Source of the DNA: Bacteroidales bacterium
GTDB lineage: Bacteria > Bacteroidota > Bacteroidia > Bacteroidales > UBA4417
Assembly: GCA_038204995.1 (NCBI GenBank)
Contig: JBBRCH010000016.1
Location: forward strand, 927 to 64,926
Direction: 5' to 3'
Length of the DNA: 64,000 nucleotides
Part shown: positions 51,715-63,590 of the stretch, piece after piece
How positions within the stretch are numbered: the first letter of the stretch is position 1
Layout of the letters: every line of letters starts with the position of its first letter
Notes under the pieces: generated by a model
The model's database searches: none
What the model was told of the DNA's origin: nothing
What the model saw: the letters and a program-made list of their open reading frames with translations, nothing else
Translations under genes and position numbers: made by a program

Positions 51715-52551
51715 ATGCAAAAGGGCTTACTTTCAATTTTATTATTTTGTATCGGGATAGTTTCCTTTGCACAGAAAGCTGAATATAAAACCAGTCTGAA
51801 CATCCCGTACTACAGCGATTCGGTAAGACAGGCTAATGCTTACATAAAAGAGCGCTGTGTTCTCGATATCTATTATCCTCAAAACAGCAAAGGCTTTGCC
51901 ACAGTTGTGTGGTTCCACGGAGGCGGGTTGACCGGCGGGGGAAAGGAAATTCCTGAAGCGCTGAAAGAAAAAGGGCTTTGCGTGGTAGCCGTGAACTATC
52001 GCCTGTACCCGAAAGTGAAAGCTCCCGGATATATTGAAGATGCCACAGCAGCCGTTGCCTGGACATTCAAAAATATTGCCGGCTTTGGTGGCGATTCATC
52101 GCTGGTATTTGTTTCGGGTCATTCAGCAGGCGGGTATTTAACACTAATGCTGGGATTGGATAAAAAGTGGCTGAATGCCTTTCATGTGGATGCAAACCGG
52201 ATTGCCGGGCTTATTCCGTTCAGCGGACAGGCTATCACCCATTTTACAGTGCGCAGCGAAAGTGGCATTGCCGGAAACCAGCCGGTAATTGATGACCTGG
52301 CGCCTCTTTACCATGTGCGTGCCGATGCCCCGCCTTTATTATTGATTACCGGCGACAGGGAACTGGAACTGCTGGGCCGTTACGAAGAAAATGCCTACCT
52401 GATGCGTATGATGAAAATTGCAGGTCATAAGGAAACAAGACTTTTTGAACTCCAGGGATACGACCATGTCGGTATGCCTTACCCGGCCTTTCCGCTGCTG
52501 GTCAACGAAGTGAACAGGATCACGCAATTGAAAAAAAGTGCAAAGCATTGA
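51715..52551 (+). CDS. Secreted alpha/beta hydrolase (HSL-like esterase)
   Basis: WFHGGGL, VNYRL.P, nucleophile GHSAGG, GYDH. Confidence 0.9.
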   Translation: MQKGLLSILLFCIGIVSFAQKAEYKTSLNIPYYSDSVRQANAYIKERCVLDIYYPQNSKGFATVVWFHGGGLTGGGKEIPEALKEKGLCVVAVNYRLYPKVKAPGYIEDATAAVAWTFKNIAGFGGDSSLVFVSGHSAGGYLTLMLGLDKKWLNAFHVDANRIAGLIPFSGQAITHFTVRSESGIAGNQPVIDDLAPLYHVRADAPPLLLITGDRELELLGRYEENAYLMRMMKIAGHKETRLFELQGYDHVGMPYPAFPLLVNEVNRITQLKKSAKH

Positions 52552-53007
52552 GCTGCTTATCTGATGCAATACTGAATTGGTTTTATTTCAGAAGGATTTC
52601 CGGTACTCTTTGGTTCACTTTGGAGTTTAATTCCAAGATGTTTATTGATTATTTTATTAGTAACCAGGCTTACCTGGAGGATAAAACTTTAAAAGATGAA
52701 TTGAAAGGTTGCCTTGAATATTCTGATAAACCCCGGTACAAAATCATTCCAAATGTTTGGTGATTTTTTAGGCAAATTATTAAATAGTGCACAGTTGCTC
52801 ACCCGCGTTATATCCAGTAAGGGTTTAGATGGTAAGCGAGGTGAAGCAGCCTGCCTCAAAGTTTGTAACGGAGGATACGAACTTAGTCTGCATTCCCTTA
52901 ACGATCACTCCGCCAAAGCGTTATACACAACTCCCCTCACGATAGCCAACCTGACTGCTCCGCATAACGCCCCGATGTCAGAATAGTTTTCAGGAAAAAA
53001 CAAATAA

Positions 53008-54303
53008 ATGATACAAAACTATAGAGATAAAAAAATAGGATTAAAGGCAGCACTTGCAATCGGAATCGGAGGGATGGTCGGAGGCGGGATTTTTGCAGTT
53101 TTAGGCCTGGCTGTTTCCTTAGCCAAAGGCGGAACGCCTGTTGCATTTCTGTTTGCGGGAATTTTAGCTTTAATTACATCCTATAGTTATGTTAAATTAT
53201 CACTTGCTTTTCCCGACAGGGGAGGAACCGTTAAGTTTATCAACCAGGGTTTTGGCAAATCGGTTTTCAGTGGTGGTTTAAACAATCTACTGTGGTTAAG
53301 CTATATCATCATGCTGGCGCTTTATGCTTCCGCTTTTGGTTCTTATGCACCAAACCTATTTCTTCTGTCGGGCAGTAAAGCAGTAAGTTTTCATATCTAT
53401 GCAAGCGGTATAATCATTATTGCCACGGCAATAAATTACTTCAGTCTGAAAGTAGTTGGTGTAATTGAGACCTATGCTGTAGTTATAAAATTAATAATTC
53501 TGCTTGCATTCGTAATAATCGGTATGTATGGTCTGATCGAAAATCCGAATCTGAGCCAATTATCACCTCAAAACTGGAAAAGCACTCTTTATCTTATTAC
53601 CGGAGGCATGGTAATTTTTGTAGCCTACGAAGGATTTGAACTGATAGCTAATGCAGTTCCTGATATTGAAAATCCTGGACAGAATATTCCAAGAGCGTAT
53701 TATTATTCAGTTCTTTTCGTGATTTTTCTTTACATCATTATTGCCGCGGTAACGGTAGGTTCTCTGCCCTTTAACGAAATTGCCATTGCTCAGGATTACG
53801 TATTGGCTGAAGCCGCAAAGCCCATGATCGGACAAATTGGTTTTACCGTAATAACGGTTGCCGCATTAATATCAACGTTTTCGGCAATAAATGCATCATT
53901 GTATGGCGGGAGCCGGGTTAGCTACGAAATTGCTGAGGATGATGAGCTTCCGCACCAGTTAACCGGCATGTTGTGGAATCATCCTGTCGGATTATTGATA
54001 ACTACCATCCTGACATTGCTCCTGGTAAATACCGTAAATTTAGAAAGCATTTCGACAGCCGGCAGCGTTGGGTTTATACTCATTTTTACATTTGTAAATT
54101 ATACCGGCTTTAAATTATCGAAGACTATTAATGGAAATAAAATCATCCCTTTAGCCGGTTTTATCTTAGGAACAGCTTCCTTACTGATTCTGATAACACA
54201 ACAATATTCTTCGAATCGATTAGGGGTTATTTTGGCATTCTCAATAATTTTGATTTGCTTTATCAGCGAATACATTTACAAAAGAACGGTGCGGAATAAC
54301 TGA
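53008..54303 (+). CDS. APC-family amino acid permease
   Basis: GIGGMVGGGIFA, FVAYEGFELIA; about 12 TM helices. Confidence 0.9.
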   Translation: MIQNYRDKKIGLKAALAIGIGGMVGGGIFAVLGLAVSLAKGGTPVAFLFAGILALITSYSYVKLSLAFPDRGGTVKFINQGFGKSVFSGGLNNLLWLSYIIMLALYASAFGSYAPNLFLLSGSKAVSFHIYASGIIIIATAINYFSLKVVGVIETYAVVIKLIILLAFVIIGMYGLIENPNLSQLSPQNWKSTLYLITGGMVIFVAYEGFELIANAVPDIENPGQNIPRAYYYSVLFVIFLYIIIAAVTVGSLPFNEIAIAQDYVLAEAAKPMIGQIGFTVITVAALISTFSAINASLYGGSRVSYEIAEDDELPHQLTGMLWNHPVGLLITTILTLLLVNTVNLESISTAGSVGFILIFTFVNYTGFKLSKTINGNKIIPLAGFILGTASLLILITQQYSSNRLGVILAFSIILICFISEYIYKRTVRNN

Positions 54304-54427
54304 TTTTTATGTTTTGTTTTTCGCTACCTGTCATGAAGTTCTCGTTTTGCCAGTCCTGCATAGCCAGTAAAATCAGCTACTGTCTGGATAATCAGCCGGT
54401 AAGTTTCTTTTACGCTTTATCCTGTTG

Positions 54428-54520
54428 TTTGTTCCGTTTTATTCAGCCGGTGGGTATTTAACATTTAGGATAGGTTTGGATAAAAAGTGGCTGGAAGCCT
54501 TATTATAGGGATGCAAACCG
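54428..54520 (+). pseudogene. Decayed fragment of a paralog of the 51715..52551 esterase (catalytic-Ser region)
   Basis: Aligns with 52108..52199: shares ATTCAGC.GG.GGGTATTTAACA, TTGGATAAAAAGTGGCTG and GGATGCAAACCG; translates FVPFYSAGGYLTFRIGLDKKWLEALL* versus FVSGHSAGGYLTLMLGLDKKWLNAFH. Confidence 0.8.
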
Positions 54521-54564
54521 CCACTGTTATAGACTCAACCATTATTTTCCTAAACCCCAAAAAT

Positions 54565-54599
54565 CAAAAAAGCCAGCGCAATCAAGCCCCGGCTTTTTT
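54565..54599 (-). terminator. Terminator downstream of gyrB (possibly bidirectional)
   Basis: AAAAAAGCC...GGCTTTTTT. Confidence 0.7.
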
Positions 54600-54619
54600 A
54601 TGTTTAAATCAGTTTATTC

Positions 54620-56701
<2,082 letters not shown>

Positions 56702-57041
56702 TTATCAACAATTTTAGAAATAAATATTTTTTTTAACTATCAGTAAATGAGTGTATTATAAATGCATGATGTTTGCTTTTATTAACTTCACAGGTTACGT
56801 TGCAATCACTTCATTCAACACCGGTTCATAAGTGAACAAAACAGGGATTCAGCCTTTAAGGAACTTGAAGGAAAATTTGGATGATGAATTGAGATCAGTG
56901 TATAAAATGCAAGGTTTTCCTGGTCATTATTTGAAGGGATAATTTCTATTAAACCTCTGACACATGATCTTGAGATACAAAAAAAAGGAGTCGAAATTTG
57001 TCGGTAGTTGAATCCTTAGACTCTTTTTCTATGGGTAGAAT

Positions 57042-57075
57042 GCACCAGGCACCAGGCACACCTTCCTCCTCACTC
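57042..57075. repeat. Short heptad repeat next to the stop codon of the DUF5916-type gene
   Basis: GCACCAG GCACCAG GCACACC TTCCTCC TCACTC. Confidence 0.4.
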
Positions 57076-59691
57076 TCAGAAAATTATCGCATACGATACT
57101 TTAATGAGGAAATCGTTCTGTGGATGCGTTTTAACTATCTGATCGGAGTATTTATTGAACATAAACTGCCCTTCAGGCCCATCTGTAGTGCGCCCCTGCG
57201 ACCAAACCAGGAAAATTGTTGACCCCGGCATATATTCCCATCGGAAAACAAGATTTGACCTGTACTGAAGAAAATGAAAATCGGGATCATCGAAACTGAA
57301 ATCCGTTTTATTCCCGTCAGTATCCACATTGTATACTGCCGATTCACTGTTTAACTGAATCTCATTACTGCTGTATTCATGAAACCTGGTATAATAATCA
57401 GATGCATCAGGATTGGTGATGGTTTTAAAATGAGAATAGTGGCCCGAGAAGAAGAAAGGTTGACCGTAATATTGTATTGACATGTCGGGTGTAATACCGA
57501 CATTAACCCGCGCCGAAACAGAAAATTGTTTGCTGTCGAGGCGGCCCATAATATAGTTATCGGGCCCGTTTCCTTCGATTGTTGTTACATATTGAAGATT
57601 ATCCTGAGAAGTATTGAATTCGGGTGAGAGGGATATTGAAACAGTATTAACTGGTTTGTAGGTAAGCGAATATTGAATCAGTGATAAATTTGAATTATTG
57701 TATTCACTCCACCGGTTCATCACGAAGAGACTCATCTGAAGTTTTTTTCTTGAGTCACTGTCGAACCCTATGCGGTATGTAAAATTGGCTGGTATCTTAA
57801 GTGTTGGGCCGCCGCGTAAATCATATGCTGATAAGGAGTTGCCCTGGAGATTGAATCCTGAGAAGATAGTATAGTAATTTTTAAATTGAAGGTTTCCATT
57901 CATCTCAAGCCCTTTATATACATTCTGTCCGCCGAAATTCCAAACCGTATAAAAGTCACCGCCGATATTATAGGAATTATAGAATTTCTTAGGTTGCCAT
58001 TCATTATATCCAAACCACGCTACCTGCTGGATGTTATCTGCTTGCAGCATAAATCCCAGGTCGTTGAAGTCGAGTCCGGGTGATGACCAGGTAATCCATG
58101 AGAGCATCCTGAAATGCCCCCCGCCAAACTTACCGAATTCGAGGGTGCCTCCTTGCCCGCTCAGGCTGGTTCGGGTACTGTCAACTTTCAGGTATGTAGC
58201 ATCAGGTCTTTGAAAATTATGTGTAAAAGTCGTCTGCAAATCCGTTATGGCTTCTTTTGACCCATATATGCTGCTGAATATACCTCGTACTGTAAAAAAA
58301 TAATTCTTGTTATCCCAAAAGCGGGTCATATTTATCCCCCCGGTATAAGCTGAGGCAGGGAGGGTAATGAAATTTTCGTGATTAATATCGCGGTTTGTGG
58401 CGGTCAATAAGCCTCCTACAACAGTATTACCTTTATCGATATCCTGTTCGACCCTGGCGACCATATAATTGGTAAAAGGTTCAACGGGATATTTGCTTCT
58501 TATGCCTGCTATTTCGAGATCTGCACTTTCCTGCTGTGTAAAAGATTCGAGTATACCAATCGAAGTACCTTTACGTGTTTTTCCGGATAATTTGAATGCC
58601 CCAAGAATACTTGTGTTAGCAGGAATTCTGGCATATTCATTATCATTAAGTTCAGGCTCAAAATGAGGGGTACGGCCTATACGCCTTGAATAGAACATAC
58701 CAGTACTGGAACCATCACCATCACCCGAGGTCATCCTGAAGTTAAATATATTTCGTCCTTCGATAAAAAACGGTCTTTTCTCAGGGAAAAATGATTCGAA
58801 TGCCGAAAGGTTCACCTGTGAAGGATCGGCTTCCACCTGTCCGAAATCAGGATTTACTGTCATGTTTAAAGTCAGGTCGTTGGTTATGGCAATTTTACCG
58901 TCAATACCGGCCGAGCATGCCTGCTGCTTACCCGTGGCAAAAGGATTTCCTTCTTCTTTTTCATTACGTGTCATCTTAGCCAAGGCAAAGGGTAAGATTT
59001 CGATGTCTTTTTTAGGTGATATATTGCTTATACCTTCAAGAGTGCCGAAATCACTCACCATTTTGTTCGAGTTCCGGTGCAAAGGTTTCCACAGTGATAA
59101 TTCATTTTTCCTGAAAATAAAACGGCCAACCTCAAGGCCCCAATCGTAATTATTTTTCTTTGTAAACCTGATTTGTGAAAGTGGAATCCGCATTTCGGCA
59201 TTCCATCCTTCCGCATCAAAGCTTGTTTTTACATACCATATAGGGTCCCAGTTGTTATCCTCATTGTTATCATTTGTATAGATAATGTCCATTTTTGAGC
59301 CTGCCGCGGTGACCATAAATCCAAACCCGGTGAGTTTATCTTCATAACTGTCAATTATAAGCCCGGCCCAATCACCATCACCGTCATCGCGCCTCGAAAG
59401 ACGTTTGTTGATTTTATCCGGCTCTGTATCATAGGATTTTATAGCAACATATAAGTTGTTGTCATCGTAAAGTATGGCAAAGGTTGTCTTTTGGCTGGGG
59501 AGGGTATCTTCATAAGGTTGGTGCTGGATAAAATCTCCTGCCCATCCAACCTGTTTCCAGCAATCTTCATCAAATATTCCATCAATTGACGGTGGTTTTG
59601 ATGCTAATTTTTGGGTGGTATAGGTTTGGTTTTGTGCAAATACAAAATGTGGGATCAATATAAGTATCAGAAAAGGTAGTATTCTTGACAT
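57076..59691 (-). CDS. CBM9-like plus DUF5916-type outer-membrane protein
   Basis: PSIDG..DE..W, YDDNNLYV, W.AEMRIP (CBM9-like); NPDFGQVEAD, EKRPFF.EG, FYSRRIG; beta-barrel-like C-terminus. Confidence 0.8.
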   Translation of the reverse strand: MSRILPFLILILIPHFVFAQNQTYTTQKLASKPPSIDGIFDEDCWKQVGWAGDFIQHQPYEDTLPSQKTTFAILYDDNNLYVAIKSYDTEPDKINKRLSRRDDGDGDWAGLIIDSYEDKLTGFGFMVTAAGSKMDIIYTNDNNEDNNWDPIWYVKTSFDAEGWNAEMRIPLSQIRFTKKNNYDWGLEVGRFIFRKNELSLWKPLHRNSNKMVSDFGTLEGISNISPKKDIEILPFALAKMTRNEKEEGNPFATGKQQACSAGIDGKIAITNDLTLNMTVNPDFGQVEADPSQVNLSAFESFFPEKRPFFIEGRNIFNFRMTSGDGDGSSTGMFYSRRIGRTPHFEPELNDNEYARIPANTSILGAFKLSGKTRKGTSIGILESFTQQESADLEIAGIRSKYPVEPFTNYMVARVEQDIDKGNTVVGGLLTATNRDINHENFITLPASAYTGGINMTRFWDNKNYFFTVRGIFSSIYGSKEAITDLQTTFTHNFQRPDATYLKVDSTRTSLSGQGGTLEFGKFGGGHFRMLSWITWSSPGLDFNDLGFMLQADNIQQVAWFGYNEWQPKKFYNSYNIGGDFYTVWNFGGQNVYKGLEMNGNLQFKNYYTIFSGFNLQGNSLSAYDLRGGPTLKIPANFTYRIGFDSDSRKKLQMSLFVMNRWSEYNNSNLSLIQYSLTYKPVNTVSISLSPEFNTSQDNLQYVTTIEGNGPDNYIMGRLDSKQFSVSARVNVGITPDMSIQYYGQPFFFSGHYSHFKTITNPDASDYYTRFHEYSSNEIQLNSESAVYNVDTDGNKTDFSFDDPDFHFLQYRSNLVFRWEYMPGSTIFLVWSQGRTTDGPEGQFMFNKYSDQIVKTHPQNDFLIKVSYAIIF

Positions 59692-60035
59692 AAAAATGAT
59701 TTCACTTATGACGTTAAACCGCCGGAAATGTTACAAAATAAAAGCGTTTTACTCGTTTTTCCACTATAGGGTAGCACGAGTCAGAAGAGGAATATATGAA
59801 TTGGTGAATATGGAGGCTGTTATGTGCAAAATAATCGGTAAGATAAATTTCAATAAACAGTACTACAAAATTAACTCAGATGTAAAATGTAAACATATTT
59901 AACGCACAGATTTTTAGTTAACTTAACATTTTCACTGTTCTGTTGATCAATAAAGGTATTACACTGATATTATTTGGTATTCAACCCGGCCAATTCTATC
60001 TTTGTACCTGCATCATGGTTTCCCTGAAGTTAAAT

Positions 60036-61187
60036 ATGAAAGAAAAAACCCTCAACATACGGATCATTGAAGTTTTTGTATTTGTAGTTATCTGGGTGGC
60101 TGTGTTTGCCGTTCCTTTTTTTAACCGGCGAATTTCAAATGAAATTGACTGGAATAAAGTGTTTGGCGAATGGATCACCATGTTTTCATTATTGCTCATT
60201 TTTCTCTTAAATACACTTTGGTTAGTACCCGGATTTTTATTCCGAAAAAAATATCGTTCCTATTTTATTTACACAATCCTTTCCATTCTGATAGTAATTG
60301 CCTTGAAAATATACCTAGGAACGGTTATCACCTCTCCGCAACCTTTGGCAATGCCGCCCATGGAACTGGGACCGGGAATGCCCCCAATGGAATTAGGTCC
60401 GGGAATGCCTCCGCCCATGGGGTATAAGCCTGTCACACCACCGCCGCCGAAATCCTTATTCATGATCTTTATTGACAACCTGATCCTATCCCTTTTGGTT
60501 GTTGGTATGGGGACAGCAATTAAAATGGTATCGCAATGGCTCAACGAGGAAAGCAGGCGAAAAGATCTTGAAAAAGAACAGCTGAAGACGGAACTAGCTC
60601 TCTTACGGCACCAGGTTAGCCCTCATTTTTTTATGAATACCTTGAACAACATCCATGCGCTTATTGATATAAATGCGGATGATGCTAAAAACACCATCAT
60701 ACAGCTGTCGACCATGATGCGGTATTTACTATACGACACGGCAAACGGAAAAACCACGCTTAAAAAAGAAATTGCTTTTATCGAAAGCTATATCACATTG
60801 ATGAAGTTGCGCTTTCCTGATAACGTGTCTGTAACCCTTGACGTTCCTGATAAAATTGATGATGTTGAGATTCCTCCTATGCTTTTTATTTCCTTTCTCG
60901 AGAATGCTTTTAAACACGGGGTGAGTTATCAGGCCAGTTCGTTTGTTTCGTTTAAAATAGAACAGAAAGACAGGAAACTGAAAAGTGTTATTAAAAACAG
61001 CAGGCATAACAGCAGCGAACTCCAGGATAATAACTATTCCGGCATTGGGTTGGCTAATATAAAAAAGAGCCTGAAATTGCTTTTCGGGAATGACTACACC
61101 CTTACTATCAGTGAAAGCGAAAAAGAATATGAAGTGCAGTTGACGATTCCCATGTACGAAACTCCCACGTTTGCTGTTAGCAACTGA
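60036..61187 (+). CDS. LytS-type sensor histidine kinase with a proline-rich loop
   Basis: TM region; LRHQVSPHFFMNTLNNI, MRYLLY, ENAFKHG, SGIGLANI. Start is 60015 or 60036, downstream of -7 box TATCTTTG at 59997-60004. Confidence 0.92.
   Translation: MKEKTLNIRIIEVFVFVVIWVAVFAVPFFNRRISNEIDWNKVFGEWITMFSLLLIFLLNTLWLVPGFLFRKKYRSYFIYTILSILIVIALKIYLGTVITSPQPLAMPPMELGPGMPPMELGPGMPPPMGYKPVTPPPPKSLFMIFIDNLILSLLVVGMGTAIKMVSQWLNEESRRKDLEKEQLKTELALLRHQVSPHFFMNTLNNIHALIDINADDAKNTIIQLSTMMRYLLYDTANGKTTLKKEIAFIESYITLMKLRFPDNVSVTLDVPDKIDDVEIPPMLFISFLENAFKHGVSYQASSFVSFKIEQKDRKLKSVIKNSRHNSSELQDNNYSGIGLANIKKSLKLLFGNDYTLTISESEKEYEVQLTIPMYETPTFAVSN
60351..60422 (+). repeat. 27-bp in-frame tandem repeat (MPPMELGPG x2 plus MPPPMG)
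   Basis: ATGCCGCCCATGGAACTGGGACCGGGA / ATGCCCCCAATGGAATTAGGTCCGGGA / ATGCCTCCGCCCATGGGG. Confidence 0.85.
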
Positions 61188-61263
61188 TTATTTTTCAGGT
61201 CGACCGTGCCCGGCTACATCCGTGAATGATTAATGATAGAATGCATTATAAATAACAATTACG

Positions 61264-61983
61264 ATGACAATAAAATGCATAGCCATTGATGATGAGCCCC
61301 TTGCGCTAAAGCAAATAAGTTCTTACATCGAAAAAACGCCCTTCCTCGAAGCTGTGGCACTTTGTAAAAGTGCTTTCGAAGCCATGGAATACCTGGAGGA
61401 TAATGAAGCAGATCTTATGTTTGTGGATATCAATATGCCTGATTTGAACGGTATGGATTTTGTCAAATCCCTTGCACAGAAACCACTCATTATTTTCACT
61501 ACGGCATATAGCGAATATGCCATGGAAGGTTTCCAGGTGAATGCCCTTGATTATATTCTGAAACCGATAAGCTATGCTGTTTTTCTAAAAGCAGCGAATA
61601 AGGCTAAAACATGGTTTGAACTGAATGTTAAACAAACGGAAACTATTAAAACTACTCCGGATAGTCTTTTTGTGAAATCCGAATACAAAATGATCCGTAT
61701 TTTTTTGTCCGAAATCAAGTATATCGAAAGTTCAAACGAATACATACATATTCACCTGGTGAACGAGGATCCTGTAACCACTCTCATCAGGCTGAAAGTA
61801 ATGGAAGAGCAGCTTCCCGGGGACAAGTTTATGCGGGTACACCGTTCATTTATTGTAAATCTCGACAAGGTGAAAGTGATTGAGCGGAACAGGATTATTT
61901 TCGATAAAAACGTTTATATCCCGGTTGGGGATCAGTACAAAGAAAATTTCCAGGCTTTTGTTGACAGGACATTTCTGATTTAG
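61264..61983 (+). CDS. LytTR-family response regulator
   Basis: IAIDDEPLA, FVDINMP, LDYILKP; LytTR domain FMRVHRSFIVN. Confidence 0.95.
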   Translation: MTIKCIAIDDEPLALKQISSYIEKTPFLEAVALCKSAFEAMEYLEDNEADLMFVDINMPDLNGMDFVKSLAQKPLIIFTTAYSEYAMEGFQVNALDYILKPISYAVFLKAANKAKTWFELNVKQTETIKTTPDSLFVKSEYKMIRIFLSEIKYIESSNEYIHIHLVNEDPVTTLIRLKVMEEQLPGDKFMRVHRSFIVNLDKVKVIERNRIIFDKNVYIPVGDQYKENFQAFVDRTFLI

Positions 61984-62005
61984 CCCGTCAGGTCATTTCT
62001 TTTTC

Positions 62006-63034
62006 TTATTTGCGTTGCCGGCGAAGCCCGGAAAGCACTTTCTCATATCCAAATGTCAGCAATACCGATACGGTAAAAATGCCTGCAACCCACCAGGGGA
62101 ACGTGCTCAACTGCTGGGTTTGATATATTGCTGTTGCCAGGTTACCTATAATCAGCCATTGTATTACATAGAACGCAGTTATGTTTTTCCCTATCCGGCA
62201 TAATAAAGTTCTGATACGCGTTTCGGGAATGTACGTGATGAAAACATGAAGGAAAAGCGTCCACAATACGGTTAAGCCCAAAGCCCAGAAAACATATCCG
62301 AAAGTATGATGATAATATGCAGGCAGGTTTATGGTAGTACTCAGCCCTTGCTTATAAAACAGACCAACTGCGGCCGCAACCAGGATGGTAACGGAGATTA
62401 AAATACGTTTCTGTTTCAGGAAGAAAGGAATGATTTTCCCATCGTATCGGGCAAATATAAATCCTGCCAGCGGGTAAGCAAGCCACGGGAACAATGGGAA
62501 GTAGGACCAGGAGTAGTTCCCGGCTATAAAGGGCAGAACATAATAATGAGTGGTAACTGTTAGTTTTTCATTTAAAAAACCGGTGAGCACACTAACTGCA
62601 AGGAATACAATCCAGGCGGCCACTTTCTGCCACTTTTTGAGCGATTTTATAATCGATAGAACAACAATACTTAAACCGGCAAGATATAAAATATCGACGC
62701 CAAACATATATTCGAGCGGGTTGTAGGGCCAATCTGCAAATAGTATTTTCAGAAGAAAATGAATATTGAGTCCGATATTAAGCAAAAACCCGAGCATGAA
62801 TATTTTAATTCCCCGCACGATATTTACAGATGTTGTGGCTTTACTCAAAGCAATAAAATAACCCATTACCGCCATAAAGACTACGGCCGCAAAAGGTCCT
62901 CCCAGGAAGAGAGAGATTTTGCCTGATGTACTTTCTCTTCCGGCAGTATCCAGAAAAAGTTCAGTGATATGGATCTGAACCATAAAAAAAGCGGCAAGTC
63001 CTTTGAGTAAGTCAGGAAGAATGTAACGTTTCAT
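62006..63034 (-). CDS. DUF1624/HGSNAT-like integral membrane acyltransferase-family protein
   Basis: R...PDLLKGLA...M.QIH, AAVVF...MG, YFPLFPWLAY...G, GKN....YVIQ. Start placed at ATG 63034. Confidence 0.7.
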   Translation of the reverse strand: MKRYILPDLLKGLAAFFMVQIHITELFLDTAGRESTSGKISLFLGGPFAAVVFMAVMGYFIALSKATTSVNIVRGIKIFMLGFLLNIGLNIHFLLKILFADWPYNPLEYMFGVDILYLAGLSIVVLSIIKSLKKWQKVAAWIVFLAVSVLTGFLNEKLTVTTHYYVLPFIAGNYSWSYFPLFPWLAYPLAGFIFARYDGKIIPFFLKQKRILISVTILVAAAVGLFYKQGLSTTINLPAYYHHTFGYVFWALGLTVLWTLFLHVFITYIPETRIRTLLCRIGKNITAFYVIQWLIIGNLATAIYQTQQLSTFPWWVAGIFTVSVLLTFGYEKVLSGLRRQRK

Positions 63035-63253
63035 CGGCAGATCCTGTTGGAAGTGTTTAACTTTATAAACCGTTAAAAATACGATAAATGAATAAGTTTC
63101 CATTAGTGCGTGGAATATAATTTCCCTGCTGTATCAGAAATAAAACAGCATTTATTTGATTTTACACCAGGCTGTTAACATGATAAATTGCTCTTTACAC
63201 TTATCCAAAAAGGTTGTTTACTGAATTCATTTTACTATCGAAAAGTATGAATA

Positions 63254-63261
63254 TATCTTTG
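63254..63261 (+). promoter_or_regulatory. -7 box (TATCTTTG) of the PqqD/ATP-grasp operon
   Basis: Exact TAnnTTTG match 68 nt before ATG 63330. Confidence 0.6.
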
Positions 63262-63329
63262 TTTTCAGATTACAAACAGAGAAAATATAAAATCACCTTA
63301 ATTCGTCATTCAACTAAAATATCAAAACA

Positions 63330-63575
63330 ATGAAACTTCGAAAAAATATAGCCAGCAGCGAAGAAGGATTTATTTTTAACCCGGGAACAGGAGATTCTTT
63401 TTCAACTAACCCGATAGGAGCCGAAATAATCGCCCTGTTAAAAGAGGATAAAGAATTGCCTGAAATAATAGAGGCAATTTGCGAAAAATATGATGTAGAT
63501 GAAGTGCATTTTGAGAAGGATCTTGATGATTTTGTTTCACAACTGAAGGATTCTTCTATCCTCGCGAATAACTAA
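63330..63575 (+). CDS. Stand-alone PqqD-family / RiPP recognition element (RRE)-like protein
   Basis: 81 aa; beta strands (GFIFNPGTGDSFSTNPIG) then helices (AEIIALL..LPEIIEAICEKYDVD..FEKDLDDFVSQLKDSSIL), the PqqD pattern. Confidence 0.8.
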   Translation: MKLRKNIASSEEGFIFNPGTGDSFSTNPIGAEIIALLKEDKELPEIIEAICEKYDVDEVHFEKDLDDFVSQLKDSSILANN

Positions 63576-63590
63576 TAAACTTAATTGAGC

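Noticed and set aside
63330-63575. PQQ biosynthesis operon
   Set aside because: No pqqA, pqqB or pqqC upstream, and the next gene is not a PqqE radical SAM.
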